DNA of 31,058 bases from an uncultured Verrucomicrobiota bacterium (GCA_938003985.1 CALKWZ010000080.1:1-31058), one strand, 5' to 3'. Positions 1 to 8,753 are shown, counted from the first letter of the stretch. The notes: generated by a model not told the origin, from the sequence alone. Program-made: numbers and translations.

Positions 1-1209
1 CCCGTGCGTCCCCGCTTCCTCTCCGTCCTCCAGCCCGTCGCCGTCCGTGTCCGCCTTGGCCGGATTGGTTCCCAGCTCTAATTCCTTGAGGTTGTTCAGG
101 CCGTCGCCGTCTTTGTCGTCGGCCGCACTGTTGCGCAACGGATTCAAGCCGTATTGCGCTTCCCACCCGTCCGGCAGTCCGTCGGCGTCCGTGTCCGCAT
201 TGCGCGGATTCGTGCCGTAGCCCATTTCCTGGAGGTTGGTCATTCCGTCGCCATCGGCATCCTCGGCCGCATCGTTCACGCGGGGATTAAACCCGTGCGT
301 CACTTCCCAGCCGTCCGGCATGCGGTCGCCGTCCGTGTCGGCCTGCACCGGATGGGTGTTGTGCGCGAATTCCTGGGAATTGACCAATTTGTCCCGGTCG
401 GGATCGCCGGACGCGCCATCGCCGCCGCTGCTCGAAAGCGGATTCAATCCCATGTCCGTTTCCCATTTGTCCGGCAAACCGTCGTTGTCCGTATCGCCGA
501 ACCATGGATCCGTTCCGTAGACCGCGACTTCCTCGTAATCGCTCAGCCCGTCGCCGTCGGAATCGGCCACCCGCGGATTCGTGCCCGCGAGATATTCCTG
601 CAAATTGCCGAGACCATCCCCGTCGGCATCGGCGGCCGCATCGTCCCGGACCGGATCGAAGCTTTGATCGATTTCCCAGCGATCGCCCATGCCATCGCCG
701 TCCGTGTCGCCGTCTTCCGGGTCGGTTCCGTAGGCGTATTCCTGCTGGTTGGACAATCCGTCGCCGTCGGCATCCCCGCCGGCGTCCGCCGGATTCAGCG
801 GATCGAAAAGCTGGGGCCGGCGCAACTCATAGACGTCGTCGATCCCGTCGCCGTCGGAATCCAGCGGTTGCAGCACGTTCCGCGAAAACACCCGGTAGAA
901 CTGGCTATGTTGCCGGTCCAGCGCGGCGCGGTCCCGCCAGACCTGCGTGCCTTCCGCCCCCAGCACCAAACCGGTCAGGCCCCAGTCGCTCAAGGTTTCG
1001 GTGGCCCGCACCAAGTGATACTCGGTGGTGAACGAGGGAATTTCGATTCGCAGATTGGAATTGCTTTCCCGCCGGGCGGTAATCAGCAGATCGGCGGCGT
1101 TGCTCCCCGGCCCCGATGCCGTTGCGCATAGACACGCAAACGCCAGCCAAAAGCCCTTCTTCCGGGCAGGCAACCTGTTCCCAGCACAGCTTGGGGATGG
1201 ACGGTGCAT
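1..1209 (-). CDS. Secreted thrombospondin type 3-like Ca-binding repeat protein (3' end beyond window edge)
   Basis: Absent from the ORF track because no stop lies inside the window. The reverse-complement frame ending exactly at nt 1 is open from ATG at 1209. Translation starts MHRPSPSCAGNRLPARKKGFWLAFACLCATASG (signal-peptide-like). At least 12 alternating units follow, of the form DxDGDGLxNxQE..GTNP and DTDxDGLPDxWE..GLNP. The track ORF 154..1131(+) is its antisense shadow. Confidence 0.8.
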   Translation of the reverse strand, partial: MHRPSPSCAGNRLPARKKGFWLAFACLCATASGPGSNAADLLITARRESNSNLRIEIPSFTTEYHLVRATETLSDWGLTGLVLGAEGTQVWRDRAALDRQHSQFYRVFSRNVLQPLDSDGDGIDDVYELRRPQLFDPLNPADAGGDADGDGLSNQQEYAYGTDPEDGDTDGDGMGDRWEIDQSFDPVRDDAAADADGDGLGNLQEYLAGTNPRVADSDGDGLSDYEEVAVYGTDPWFGDTDNDGLPDKWETDMGLNPLSSSGGDGASGDPDRDKLVNSQEFAHNTHPVQADTDGDRMPDGWEVTHGFNPRVNDAAEDADGDGMTNLQEMGYGTNPRNADTDADGLPDGWEAQYGLNPLRNSAADDKDGDGLNNLKELELGTNPAKADTDGDGLEDGEEAGTHG

Positions 1210-1403
1210 GTCGATTGGTCTCGAGCTGGATCCAAGCTCTTAACGCTATATAAACAAATTACACTTCTTTCCCGTGGGCATCAAACCCCAATCTGCGGAA
1301 AGGGCGCGGCGCGGCGGAATGCACATCCTCCTGCGCGGCATTTCGATGCAACTTCAGCCGGGCTCCGGAAATCCCCTCCGCCCTCCGGCCGTCGACTGAA
1401 ACG

Positions 1404-1919
1404 CTATCCCAGCGCCGCCAACGCGGCGGCAACGTCGGGCTCATCCATCGTTTCGGATACGAGCTGGACGTGCTGCACGACGTCATGTTCGTCGAGCACG
1501 AGCACCGCGCGCGCCTGCAAGCCCATCCGCGCGTGTTCCACGATCAGCGTGCCGTAGTCCATGCCGAATTCCGGCGCGCGGAACGTCGAGAGAAACTGGC
1601 CGCGGGGCGCCTTCAGGTCGGCGCACAACCGCGCCAGCGCAAAGGGCAGATCGGCCGAAATCGTCAGCACAACCACGTCGGCCCGCGCGGCGAACGCCGC
1701 GATGAATTTTTCGGTCGCCCGCCGGCAAACCGGCGCCTCCAAGGACGGCACGACGTGGAGCACTTTCTTTTTGCCGGCGAAATCCGCCAGCGTCCGGTCG
1801 TTGAAGTCCGGATCGGCCAGCCGGAACGCGGGTGCCGGTTGGCCGACGGCGGGCAACCGGTCGAAGGTCCAAGCCGGTTGGCCGGCGATCGCGATGGGCT
1901 GCGGTTCGAGTTCGCGCAT
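1404..1919 (-). CDS. tpx: Thiol peroxidase (Tpx, atypical 2-Cys peroxiredoxin)
   Basis: These are the last 171 aa of track ORF 1404..2732, starting at MRELEPQ (ATG = plus-strand cat at 1917-1919). Motifs: FAGKKKVLHVVPSLEAPVC (peroxidatic Cys), ISADLPFALARLC (resolving Cys), ARAVLVLDE. The upstream part of the track ORF is Arg/Gly-rich and overlaps rsmE. Confidence 0.9.
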   Translation of the reverse strand: MRELEPQPIAIAGQPAWTFDRLPAVGQPAPAFRLADPDFNDRTLADFAGKKKVLHVVPSLEAPVCRRATEKFIAAFAARADVVVLTISADLPFALARLCADLKAPRGQFLSTFRAPEFGMDYGTLIVEHARMGLQARAVLVLDEHDVVQHVQLVSETMDEPDVAAALAALG

Positions 1920-1930
1920 GCGGAAGCTCG

Positions 1931-2671
1931 CTAGGACATCCAGGCGTATTGCAGCGCCGACAGGACGAACAGCGCCGCGGTCTCGACGCGGAAAACGATG
2001 GGCCCGAACGTGACGGGCTGGACGCCCGCCGTCCGCAAGGCTTCGACTTCGCCCGGACTGAAATCGCCTTCCGGTCCGATGAAGGCCGCGACCTGCGGAC
2101 ACGCTTCGCGCCGCAAGCGGGCGAACAACTCCGGCAGCGGCACGGCGCCCTCCTGCAGCGCGCCGAAACAAGCCGCCCCGGAAACGCCGCGCAACGCCGC
2201 CAGCGCCTCCGGCAGCGGCCGCGGCGGCGCGATTTCCGGCAGCCACGGATTGCCGCTTTGCTTGCAGGCGGCCAGCGCGATGGCCTGCCAGCGCGCCGCT
2301 TTCCGTTCCGCTTCTTCCGCGCGGATCCGCACCACGGCGCGTTCGGTCTGCAGCGGCCAGATCGCATGCACGCCCAGCTCGACCGCCTTCTGGATCAGCC
2401 AATCCATTTTCTGCTCGCGCACCAGCGCCTGCGCCAGGATCCGCCGCGGCGCGAACGGATCTTTCCGCGCCTGCGCCAGGATGCGGATCGCCGTGCGCTT
2501 CTTGTGCGGCGCAACCACCTCCGCCGCGCCCGTGCGCCCCGCGCCGTCGAGGATCTCGATGCGTTCTCCCGCCGGCGCGCGCAGCACGCCGGCCAGATGC
2601 TTCGATTCGACCTCGTCCAGTTCGGCCCGTTCGCCGTCCCAGCGGTCGGGCGGCAGATAACAGCGGATCAT
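1931..2671 (-). CDS. rsmE: 16S rRNA (uracil1498-N3)-methyltransferase RsmE
   Basis: Track ORF 1931..2779, trimmed to MIRCYLPPDRW (ATG at 2671). RsmE-like features: N-terminal PUA-like region, KMDWLIQKAVELGV, C-terminal IGPEGDFSPGE. Confidence 0.88.
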   Translation of the reverse strand: MIRCYLPPDRWDGERAELDEVESKHLAGVLRAPAGERIEILDGAGRTGAAEVVAPHKKRTAIRILAQARKDPFAPRRILAQALVREQKMDWLIQKAVELGVHAIWPLQTERAVVRIRAEEAERKAARWQAIALAACKQSGNPWLPEIAPPRPLPEALAALRGVSGAACFGALQEGAVPLPELFARLRREACPQVAAFIGPEGDFSPGEVEALRTAGVQPVTFGPIVFRVETAALFVLSALQYAWMS

Positions 2672-2747
2672 GATCGGACTTTCCCTTCCAAAAACAAAGG
2701 CACGTTCGCGACCGCGAACGCGCCTTGGCCAACCGGTCTGCCGCGGC

Positions 2748-3389
2748 CTAGAACAGGAACTTCGCGCCGAGGCGGGCATAGCCCCCGCCGAACGTCACGT
2801 CGCGCACGGTCTTGCCGTCGAACGTCGTGTCTTCGTTCACCACGTCGATCTGGTAGCCGAGCCCGCCGGTCAGATAGACGTTTTCGGAGACCATGTACTC
2901 GTATTCCGCGCCGAGGGTCCACAGCAAGGCGCCGCCGATGTCCGCGTCCTGGCGTTTCTTCCGGTTGTCGCCGTCGTTGTAGGCGTCGACGCTGGACTCC
3001 ACGAAAGCATACTGCAATCCCGTCTCGAAAATGATGTTCCAGCTGTCCCAATCGACCAGATTGAAGAAGAGCGAGGCGCCGAAGGGAATCACCAGCGCTT
3101 CGCCGTCGTAGTCGGACACGTACTTGATCTTGAACGCGTTGGACGCATCGTCCACCTGCCATTGGGAAACGCCGAGGTTGACGCCCACGCCCCACGGAAA
3201 ATTGAACCACTCGCGGTAGCTGACCTGCGCGCCGAGACCGAGCTCGAACAGATCGCAATCGGCGTGGTCGGGCAGGAAGGCCAAACCGGAAACGGCCAGT
3301 TCGCCCGGATCCTCGCTGAACATACCGCCGAACGCCGCGCCGCCGCTCAACAACGCCGCACATGCCAACACCATCGCTTTTTTCATCAT
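2748..3389 (-). CDS. Outer-membrane beta-barrel protein (OmpW/porin-like, family uncertain)
   Basis: N-terminal signal peptide MMKKAMVLACAALLSGGAAFG. Alternating aromatic/Gly-rich beta-strand pattern. Terminal aromatic residue (..GAKFLF). GGGAGA RBS upstream. Confidence 0.7.
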   Translation of the reverse strand: MMKKAMVLACAALLSGGAAFGGMFSEDPGELAVSGLAFLPDHADCDLFELGLGAQVSYREWFNFPWGVGVNLGVSQWQVDDASNAFKIKYVSDYDGEALVIPFGASLFFNLVDWDSWNIIFETGLQYAFVESSVDAYNDGDNRKKRQDADIGGALLWTLGAEYEYMVSENVYLTGGLGYQIDVVNEDTTFDGKTVRDVTFGGGYARLGAKFLF

Positions 3390-3503
3390 GGAATATCTCC
3401 CGTTGGTTAAATTCAGGTTGCGGCGAATCTACCCCAACCGCGCGGGACTTGTAAAGCGCCGGACACGGATTTCAGCGGCGGGCGCGGCCTTCACGCCCGG
3501 CGG

Positions 3504-4931
3504 CTACAGGCCGGTGTCGAACCGCACGGTCTGGCCCGCCTCGATGGCAACGCCTTCGCCCACCGGCAGATCCTCGTCCATGTCGTAGACCTTCAGAATC
3601 AGGTCGTAGGTTCCCGGCCGCGCGATGAACGGCCGCCAGAGCGGTTCGTCGTTGTCCATCCCGCGCCGCACGGCCAGCCAAGGCTCGACGCCCCCGGCCG
3701 GCACCAGATCCCAGCCCCGCACCCGGGTGCCTTCGGGCCGGGCGATCTGGATGCCGGCATCCAGCGTGAGCACCGCCTCCCGGCCCGCCGCCACCGCCAG
3801 GCCTTCCGCGACGACAGCGGGCTTTTCGCAGCGCCGATACAACAGCGCCACGTCGTACGAGCCCGGCAACAGCGGCTTGGGCTTGAAGAGATAGTAGTCG
3901 TTGTCGTGCCGCAGCAGGCGCAGCGCTTCGCGGCCCGTGCCGCGCGCCGAAATCACGACCGCCTCCACCGGCGCCGCCTTGAGCTCTTCCGCAACGTTGA
4001 ACGCCAGCGCGCCCAGCGCGATCTCGGTCGTCGCGCCTTTCGCCACGGCGAAATCGCCGGCCGGCATTTCGGTCGGCGGCTGGTAGTTGGGATTGGCGAA
4101 CAGCAGCGTCAGCGCGTAATCGCCCGCCATCAGCGGATGCGTCGAATCCGCCGCCGGCAGTTCGCCTTCCTTCACGACCTTGTCGCTGATCTTGCGGACG
4201 ATGCGGAAGCCGGCCAGGCTTGGCAGGGCTCCGTCCGGCAGGACGATGCGCACCTTCCCCAGCCCCGTTGCCTGCGTCACCACCTGCGTCTTCGCCTGCT
4301 CCACCTTCTGCGCGATTTCCGCGTTCACTTCCTGCAGCGCCGCCAGCAGCCCGGCCGCGTCCGCCGCGCCGAAATATTGCCCGCCGCCCGCCTGCGCGAT
4401 GCATTCCAGCTGGGCCTGGTCCGCTTCCGTCACGGCGAAGCCCACCACGTGCATGACGAATTTCACGCCGGCGGCCTTCAGGGCCCGCACCGTCGCGCAC
4501 GGATCGCCGCCGCAGGTCTCCTGGCCGTCGCTGACGAGCACGATCGTGGTTTCCGCGTCGCGCCCTTTCAGCAGGTCGGCCACTTGCGTCACCGCCGCCG
4601 AGATGGGCGTCATGCCCACCGGCTGCATCGCGGCAATGCGCGCCAACACGGCGGCGCGATCTTCGTTGCCGGGCGGGACGAGGATTTCGATGTCCGCGCA
4701 ATCGTCCGGCCGGCGGTGGCCGTAGGCGGCCAGGCCGAGCTTTACTTCCGGCGCGAGGGCCGGCACGGCCTGGGCCAGCACCGCCTGGGCGGCCGCCATC
4801 TTGGTGTCGGCGCCGGCCGTCCCCGACATGCTGCCCGACGCGTCCAGAACGAACATCGCCTCCGGCATCGTCGCCGCGAGCGCGCCCAGGGGAATGAACA
4901 GGGCAACCAGCCAGATCTTCAGTGCCTTCAT
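3504..4931 (-). CDS. Secreted von Willebrand factor A (vWA) domain protein
   Basis: Signal peptide MKALKIWLVALFIPLGALAA. MIDAS motif FVLDASGSMSG. Later IVLVSDGQETCGGDP. The ~270-aa C-terminal region is of unknown family. Confidence 0.8.
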   Translation of the reverse strand: MKALKIWLVALFIPLGALAATMPEAMFVLDASGSMSGTAGADTKMAAAQAVLAQAVPALAPEVKLGLAAYGHRRPDDCADIEILVPPGNEDRAAVLARIAAMQPVGMTPISAAVTQVADLLKGRDAETTIVLVSDGQETCGGDPCATVRALKAAGVKFVMHVVGFAVTEADQAQLECIAQAGGGQYFGAADAAGLLAALQEVNAEIAQKVEQAKTQVVTQATGLGKVRIVLPDGALPSLAGFRIVRKISDKVVKEGELPAADSTHPLMAGDYALTLLFANPNYQPPTEMPAGDFAVAKGATTEIALGALAFNVAEELKAAPVEAVVISARGTGREALRLLRHDNDYYLFKPKPLLPGSYDVALLYRRCEKPAVVAEGLAVAAGREAVLTLDAGIQIARPEGTRVRGWDLVPAGGVEPWLAVRRGMDNDEPLWRPFIARPGTYDLILKVYDMDEDLPVGEGVAIEAGQTVRFDTGL

Positions 4932-5029
4932 GTCGCTGCTCCTCGGTAGCCCGGCGCCGCGCCCTCCTGCGCGCGCTGGGCCATCCCCATGTTGCCAAAG
5001 TTCCGCCGCAAATCAACCGCGAACCCCGC

Positions 5030-5065
5030 TTGACATATATACACATATGTGTATATGTATACGGC
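5030..5065 (+). promoter_or_regulatory. Candidate arsR promoter with overlapping palindromic operator
   Basis: TTGACA at 5030-5035. A perfect 20-bp palindrome ATATACACAT/ATGTGTATAT at 5037-5056 covers the -10 zone (TATATG/ATATGT). The arsR ATG is at 5066. This is an AT-rich island in a GC-rich background. Confidence 0.55.
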
Positions 5066-5374
5066 ATGAATACCGCCCAAGCCAAGGCCCGCGCCGATCT
5101 CCTGAAAGCCCTCGCCCATCCCACCCGCGTCCTCATGCTGGACGCGCTGGGCCACGGCGATTGCTGCGTCAACGACCTCCGCAACCTCGCTGCGACGAGC
5201 CAGCCGACCATTTCCCGCCATTTGGAGAAACTCAAGAAAGTCGGGATCGTCACCGAGCGGCGCGCCGGCAAGCGGGTCATCCACCACCTCGCCTGCCCCT
5301 GCATGCTGCAAGCCCTGGGGTGCACCGTCGAAGCGCTGAAATCCGTCAAGCAGCGCCAAGCCAGCACCATTTAA
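5066..5374 (+). CDS. arsR: ArsR/SmtB-family metalloregulator (copy 1)
   Basis: Track ORF 4922..5374, trimmed to MNTAQAKARADLLKALAHPTRVLMLDAL. HTH SQPTISRHLEKLKKVGIV. Cys motif GDCCVNDL in the position of the ArsR ELCVCDL site, plus a C-terminal CPC...C. Confidence 0.9.
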   Translation: MNTAQAKARADLLKALAHPTRVLMLDALGHGDCCVNDLRNLAATSQPTISRHLEKLKKVGIVTERRAGKRVIHHLACPCMLQALGCTVEALKSVKQRQASTI

Positions 5375-5383
5375 GGAACCGAC

Positions 5384-6760
5384 ATGAACAAAGAGATCAA
5401 AATCCTCCTTGGACTCGTCGCCGCCTTCCTCGGCCTCTACTTCCTGCCGATGGAGCATCTCCGCTTCCAAGGCGCCATCCTCGAGGCCCTGCATCTCGCC
5501 AAGTGGTACGCGCGCGAACACGTCCTGCTCTGCCTCGTGCCGGCGTTTTTCATCGCGGGCGCCATCGGCGTCTTCGTCAGCCAGAACGCGGTGATGAAGT
5601 ATTTCGGCCCCAAGGCGTCGAAGTGGCTGTCCTATTCGGTGGCGTCGGTCTCGGGCACGATCCTGGCGGTCTGCTCGTGCACCGTCCTGCCGCTCTTTGG
5701 CGGCATCTACTTCCGCGGCGCGGGCCTCGGACCGGCCGTCGCCTTCCTGTATTCCGGCCCCGCCATCAACGTGCTGGCCATCGTGCTGACCGCCCGCGTG
5801 CTGGGCATCGAACTGGGCATCGCCCGCGCCGTCGGCGCGATTTCCTTCAGCGTGGTCATCGGCCTGCTGATGCACCTGATCTTTCTCAAGGAAGAACGCG
5901 CCAAGGCGGCAACCCCCCGGGACGTGTTCCTCGGTGACGACGACGGAACAACGCGCCCGCTCTGGCAAGTTGCGCTTTATTTCCTCGCCATGGTCGGCAT
6001 CCTCGTCTTCGCCAATTGGGCGCGGCCGCAGGAAACTTCGGGGATCTGGTTCGCGATTTTCAAGGCCAAGTGGATGCTCACCGCGCTTTTTGCCGCGCTG
6101 CTGGGAACCAGCCTGTGGCGATTTTTCAAGGTGAAGCTCGGTTTCATTCTTTTGGCCGCGCTCCCCGCGCTCGCGCTGGCCACGTTCCTCCCTCAGTATC
6201 CCGTTGCGGCGTTCGCGGCCGGTTCGGCCGGTCTTGCGGCCTTGACCTTCTTCGGCGGCGCCGAACTCAAGGACTGGCGCGACCAGTCGTGGGGGTTCGC
6301 CAAGCAGATTCTCCCGCTCCTGTTCATGGGCGTGCTCGCGGCCGGATTCTTCCTCGGCAGCCCCGACGGCGTGGATGCCGGCCTCATTCCCAACCGCTGG
6401 ATCCAAGCCTTGGTCGGCGACTCGCCGCAGGCTTTGCTCTCCATTCTCGGCCGCGATGGTTCGGCCCCCGGCTGGCTGACGACGATCTGGCCGCTCTGGA
6501 CCAACTTGTTTGCCGCCGTCGCCGGCGCGCTGATGTACTTCGCCACGCTGACGGAAGTCCCCATCCTGCGCGGCCTGCTGGACAGCGGCATGGGCCAAGG
6601 CCCCGCCCTCGCCCTCCTGCTCGCCGGCCCCGCCCTCTCCCTGCCCAACATGCTCGTCATCAACTCCATCCTCGGCCCGAAGAAAACGCTGACGTTCGTC
6701 GGTCTGGTCGTCGCCATGGCGACGGTTTCCGGCATGGTTTTCGGAATCGTCGTTCGCTGA
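5384..6760 (+). CDS. COG0701 / ArsP-type (DUF318) permease
   Basis: 458-aa polytopic membrane protein with AVCSCTVLPLF and PALSLPNMLVI motifs typical of this permease family. It lies directly downstream of arsR and upstream of the small CPKC redox protein, a recurrent gene pair. Confidence 0.82.
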   Translation: MNKEIKILLGLVAAFLGLYFLPMEHLRFQGAILEALHLAKWYAREHVLLCLVPAFFIAGAIGVFVSQNAVMKYFGPKASKWLSYSVASVSGTILAVCSCTVLPLFGGIYFRGAGLGPAVAFLYSGPAINVLAIVLTARVLGIELGIARAVGAISFSVVIGLLMHLIFLKEERAKAATPRDVFLGDDDGTTRPLWQVALYFLAMVGILVFANWARPQETSGIWFAIFKAKWMLTALFAALLGTSLWRFFKVKLGFILLAALPALALATFLPQYPVAAFAAGSAGLAALTFFGGAELKDWRDQSWGFAKQILPLLFMGVLAAGFFLGSPDGVDAGLIPNRWIQALVGDSPQALLSILGRDGSAPGWLTTIWPLWTNLFAAVAGALMYFATLTEVPILRGLLDSGMGQGPALALLLAGPALSLPNMLVINSILGPKKTLTFVGLVVAMATVSGMVFGIVVR

Positions 6761-6774
6761 ATCGAAAGGAACCC

Positions 6775-7008
6775 ATGAAAAAAATCCAAATCCTCGGCAC
6801 CGGTTGCCCGAAGTGCAAATTGCTGTTCGCCAACGCCGAAGCCGCCGTGAAATCCGCCGGCATCGAAGCGCAACTTGAGAAGGTGGACAAAATCGCCGAC
6901 ATCATGAAATTCGGCGTGATGTCCACCCCCGCCCTCGTCGTGGACGGCGCCGTCAAAAGCGTCGGCAAGGTCCTGAGCCCGGAAGACGTCCGGAAGCATC
7001 TGGCCTAG
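6775..7008 (+). CDS. Small thioredoxin-fold protein (redox-active disulfide protein 2, TM0996/MTH895-like)
   Basis: 77 aa, MKKIQILGTGCPKCKLL..STPALVVDG. AAAGGA RBS before ATG 6775. This is the tail of a longer spurious track ORF 6016..7008. Confidence 0.85.
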   Translation: MKKIQILGTGCPKCKLLFANAEAAVKSAGIEAQLEKVDKIADIMKFGVMSTPALVVDGAVKSVGKVLSPEDVRKHLA

Positions 7009-7015
7009 GACGGAA

Positions 7016-7612
7016 ATGACCAACGGCCTGGGCATTCCCCTCGCCCCCTGTTGCCCCGAAAATGGCGGCGGAAATCTGATGCCGTTGTTGCTCGTCATCG
7101 TCGTTCTGCTGGCCGGACAGATCGTCCTCCGCGCATTCAAGAGTCGGAAAGGGAACCCCGAAATGGATAATTTCAAGAATCTAGCCATCGTGGCCGCCGT
7201 GGTCGTGGCCGCGGGCCTCGTCTTCGCGCTCAAGCACAACCAAGCTCGATCTTCCGAATCCGCTTCCGCGGCCGCCGCCGCGGGCGGGCCGGCATCGGCG
7301 GAAGCGACGACCGCCGCCTTGCCCCGGCTCGTCGATCTGGGCGCGGACAAGTGCATCCCCTGCAAACAAATGGCGCCCATCCTGGAAGACCTGAAAACCA
7401 CCTATGCCGGCCAGCTCGAGGTGGAATTCATCGACGTCTGGAAAAATCCGGACGCCGGCGGCCAATACGGCATCCGCGTCATTCCCACGCAGATCTTCTT
7501 CGACGCCCAAGGCAAAGAGCTGTTCCGCCACGAAGGTTTTTTTGGCAAGGACGACATGCTCGCGAAATGGAAGGAATTGGGCGTGGACCTGCAGCCGAAG
7601 GCCGCCCCATGA
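7016..7612 (+). CDS. Membrane-anchored thioredoxin-domain protein (CIPC active site)
   Basis: C-terminal Trx fold LVDLGADKCIPCKQMAPILEDL..VIPTQIFF. Start is ambiguous. ATG 7016 (AGGA RBS) adds a second hydrophobic segment and an APCCPE motif. ATG 7163 (GGAAAGGGA RBS; MDNFKNLAIVAAVVVAAGLVFAL) gives a single N-in anchor and a periplasmic Trx domain. Confidence 0.8.
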   Translation: MTNGLGIPLAPCCPENGGGNLMPLLLVIVVLLAGQIVLRAFKSRKGNPEMDNFKNLAIVAAVVVAAGLVFALKHNQARSSESASAAAAAGGPASAEATTAALPRLVDLGADKCIPCKQMAPILEDLKTTYAGQLEVEFIDVWKNPDAGGQYGIRVIPTQIFFDAQGKELFRHEGFFGKDDMLAKWKELGVDLQPKAAP

Positions 7613-8310
7613 TCCAATCGCTGTTCACCAGCCTTTCGCGCGCCATCGAGGGCGATCCGGCCATCGCGCTGTCCGCCGCTTTCGTCTGGGGCGTCTTGAG
7701 CATCATTTTGAGCCCCTGCCACCTCGCCAGCATTCCGCTGATCGTCGGGTTCATCGACGAGCAGGGCCGGATCTCCACGAAGCGCGCCTTTCAGATCGCG
7801 CTGCTGTTCGCGCTGGGCATCCTGATCACCATCGGCCTCATCGGCGCCGCCACGGCCATGGCCGGGCGGATGCTGGGCGACGTTGGGCGCTGCGGCAACT
7901 ATTTCGTCGCGGCGATTTTCTTCCTCGTCGGCCTGCATTTGCTGGGCGTGGTTCCCCTGCCCTTCACCGGACCCGGCCAGGTCAAGATGAAGCAGCGCGG
8001 CCGCCTCGCCGCTTTCATCCTCGGCCTGGTGTTCGGCGTGGCCCTCGGCCCCTGCACCTTCGCCTACATGGCGCCGATGCTGGCCGTGACCTTCCGGCTC
8101 GCCGCCGCCCGGATGGCCTACGGCATCCTGCTGCTGCTGGCCTACGGCGTCGGGCACTGCGCCGTCATCGTCCTCGCCGGCACCTTCACCGAAAGCGTCC
8201 AGCACTACCTGAACTGGAACGAAGCCTCCAAGGGCGCGACGATCCTCAAGAAGGTCTGCGGCGTGCTCGTGCTCCTCGGCGGCCTCTGGATGATCTACAC
8301 CGCGCCATGA
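7609..8310 (+). CDS. CcdA/DsbD-family transmembrane thiol-disulfide electron transporter-like protein (possibly ArsG-family)
   Basis: Track ORF 7351..8310, trimmed to MIQSLFTSL. The ATG at 7609 overlaps the upstream stop (ATGA). Six hydrophobic helices. Conserved Cys in SPCHLASIP and LGPCTFAY, as in the CcdA two-repeat architecture. Confidence 0.82.
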   Translation: MIQSLFTSLSRAIEGDPAIALSAAFVWGVLSIILSPCHLASIPLIVGFIDEQGRISTKRAFQIALLFALGILITIGLIGAATAMAGRMLGDVGRCGNYFVAAIFFLVGLHLLGVVPLPFTGPGQVKMKQRGRLAAFILGLVFGVALGPCTFAYMAPMLAVTFRLAAARMAYGILLLLAYGVGHCAVIVLAGTFTESVQHYLNWNEASKGATILKKVCGVLVLLGGLWMIYTAP

Positions 8311-8753
8311 AGATCCCGACGACATTTGCATGGGCCGCGCTCGTTCTGGCCGGAGCGATGTTGCCGGCCGTGGGCCGCGCGGCCCCGGCCGATGAACCTG
8401 CCGCGACGAACGCGCCCGGCCAACCCATCGTGTACTACTTCCACCGAACCGCCCGCTGTCCCACCTGCCTGTCCATGGAAACCTGGACCAGCCAGGCCGT
8501 GGCGAAGGCGAATGCCGGAGAATCCGCCGCCCCCCTCGCGTGGCAAGCCGTCAATCTCGACGCCCCCGCCAACGCCCATTTCGCCGACGACTTCCAGTTG
8601 ACCTTCGGCACCGTGGTCGTCGCGGAGAACCGCGAAGGCAACGCCGTCCGCTGGAAGAAACTGGAACAGGTCTGGGCGTTCTCCGCCGACGAAACCACCT
8701 TTTCGCAATACCTCGAAAGCGAATTCGGCCCGTTCTTCGGCCAGCGGCGCTAG
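8307..8753 (+). CDS. Secreted small CxxC protein (possibly ArsF-family)
   Basis: The ATG at 8307 overlaps the upstream stop (ATGA). Signal peptide MKIPTTFAWAALVLAGAMLPAVGRA. Motif YYFHRTARCPTCLSME. 148 aa. Confidence 0.7.
   Translation: MKIPTTFAWAALVLAGAMLPAVGRAAPADEPAATNAPGQPIVYYFHRTARCPTCLSMETWTSQAVAKANAGESAAPLAWQAVNLDAPANAHFADDFQLTFGTVVVAENREGNAVRWKKLEQVWAFSADETTFSQYLESEFGPFFGQRR

Noticed and set aside
154-1131. 325-aa plus-strand ORF (and the nested ORFs 236..520, 504..1031)
   Set aside because: It is the antisense shadow of the TSP3-repeat gene. Its translation is Arg/Val/Gly-rich with no motifs, whereas the minus frame gives textbook DxDGDG repeats and a signal peptide.
1404-2732. 442-aa minus ORF taken as one gene
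   Set aside because: Only the last 171 aa (from ATG 1919) are Tpx. The upstream 270 aa are low-complexity Arg/Gly/Ala and overlap the well-supported rsmE frame.
3472-6598. Long ORFs 3472..5370(-), 3906..4949(+), 4801..5937(+), 4928..6598(-)
   Set aside because: These are high-GC shadow frames (Arg/Gly/Pro/Ala-rich with no family motifs). They overlap the convincing vWA, arsR and permease frames and cross the AT-rich promoter region.
7016-7162. Separate small CC-motif membrane peptide (MTNGLGIPLAPCCPENGGGNLMPLLLVIVVLLAG..) upstream of the thioredoxin
   Set aside because: It is in the same frame with no stop before the Trx domain, so it cannot be an independent ORF. It is treated as start-site ambiguity of the Trx gene.
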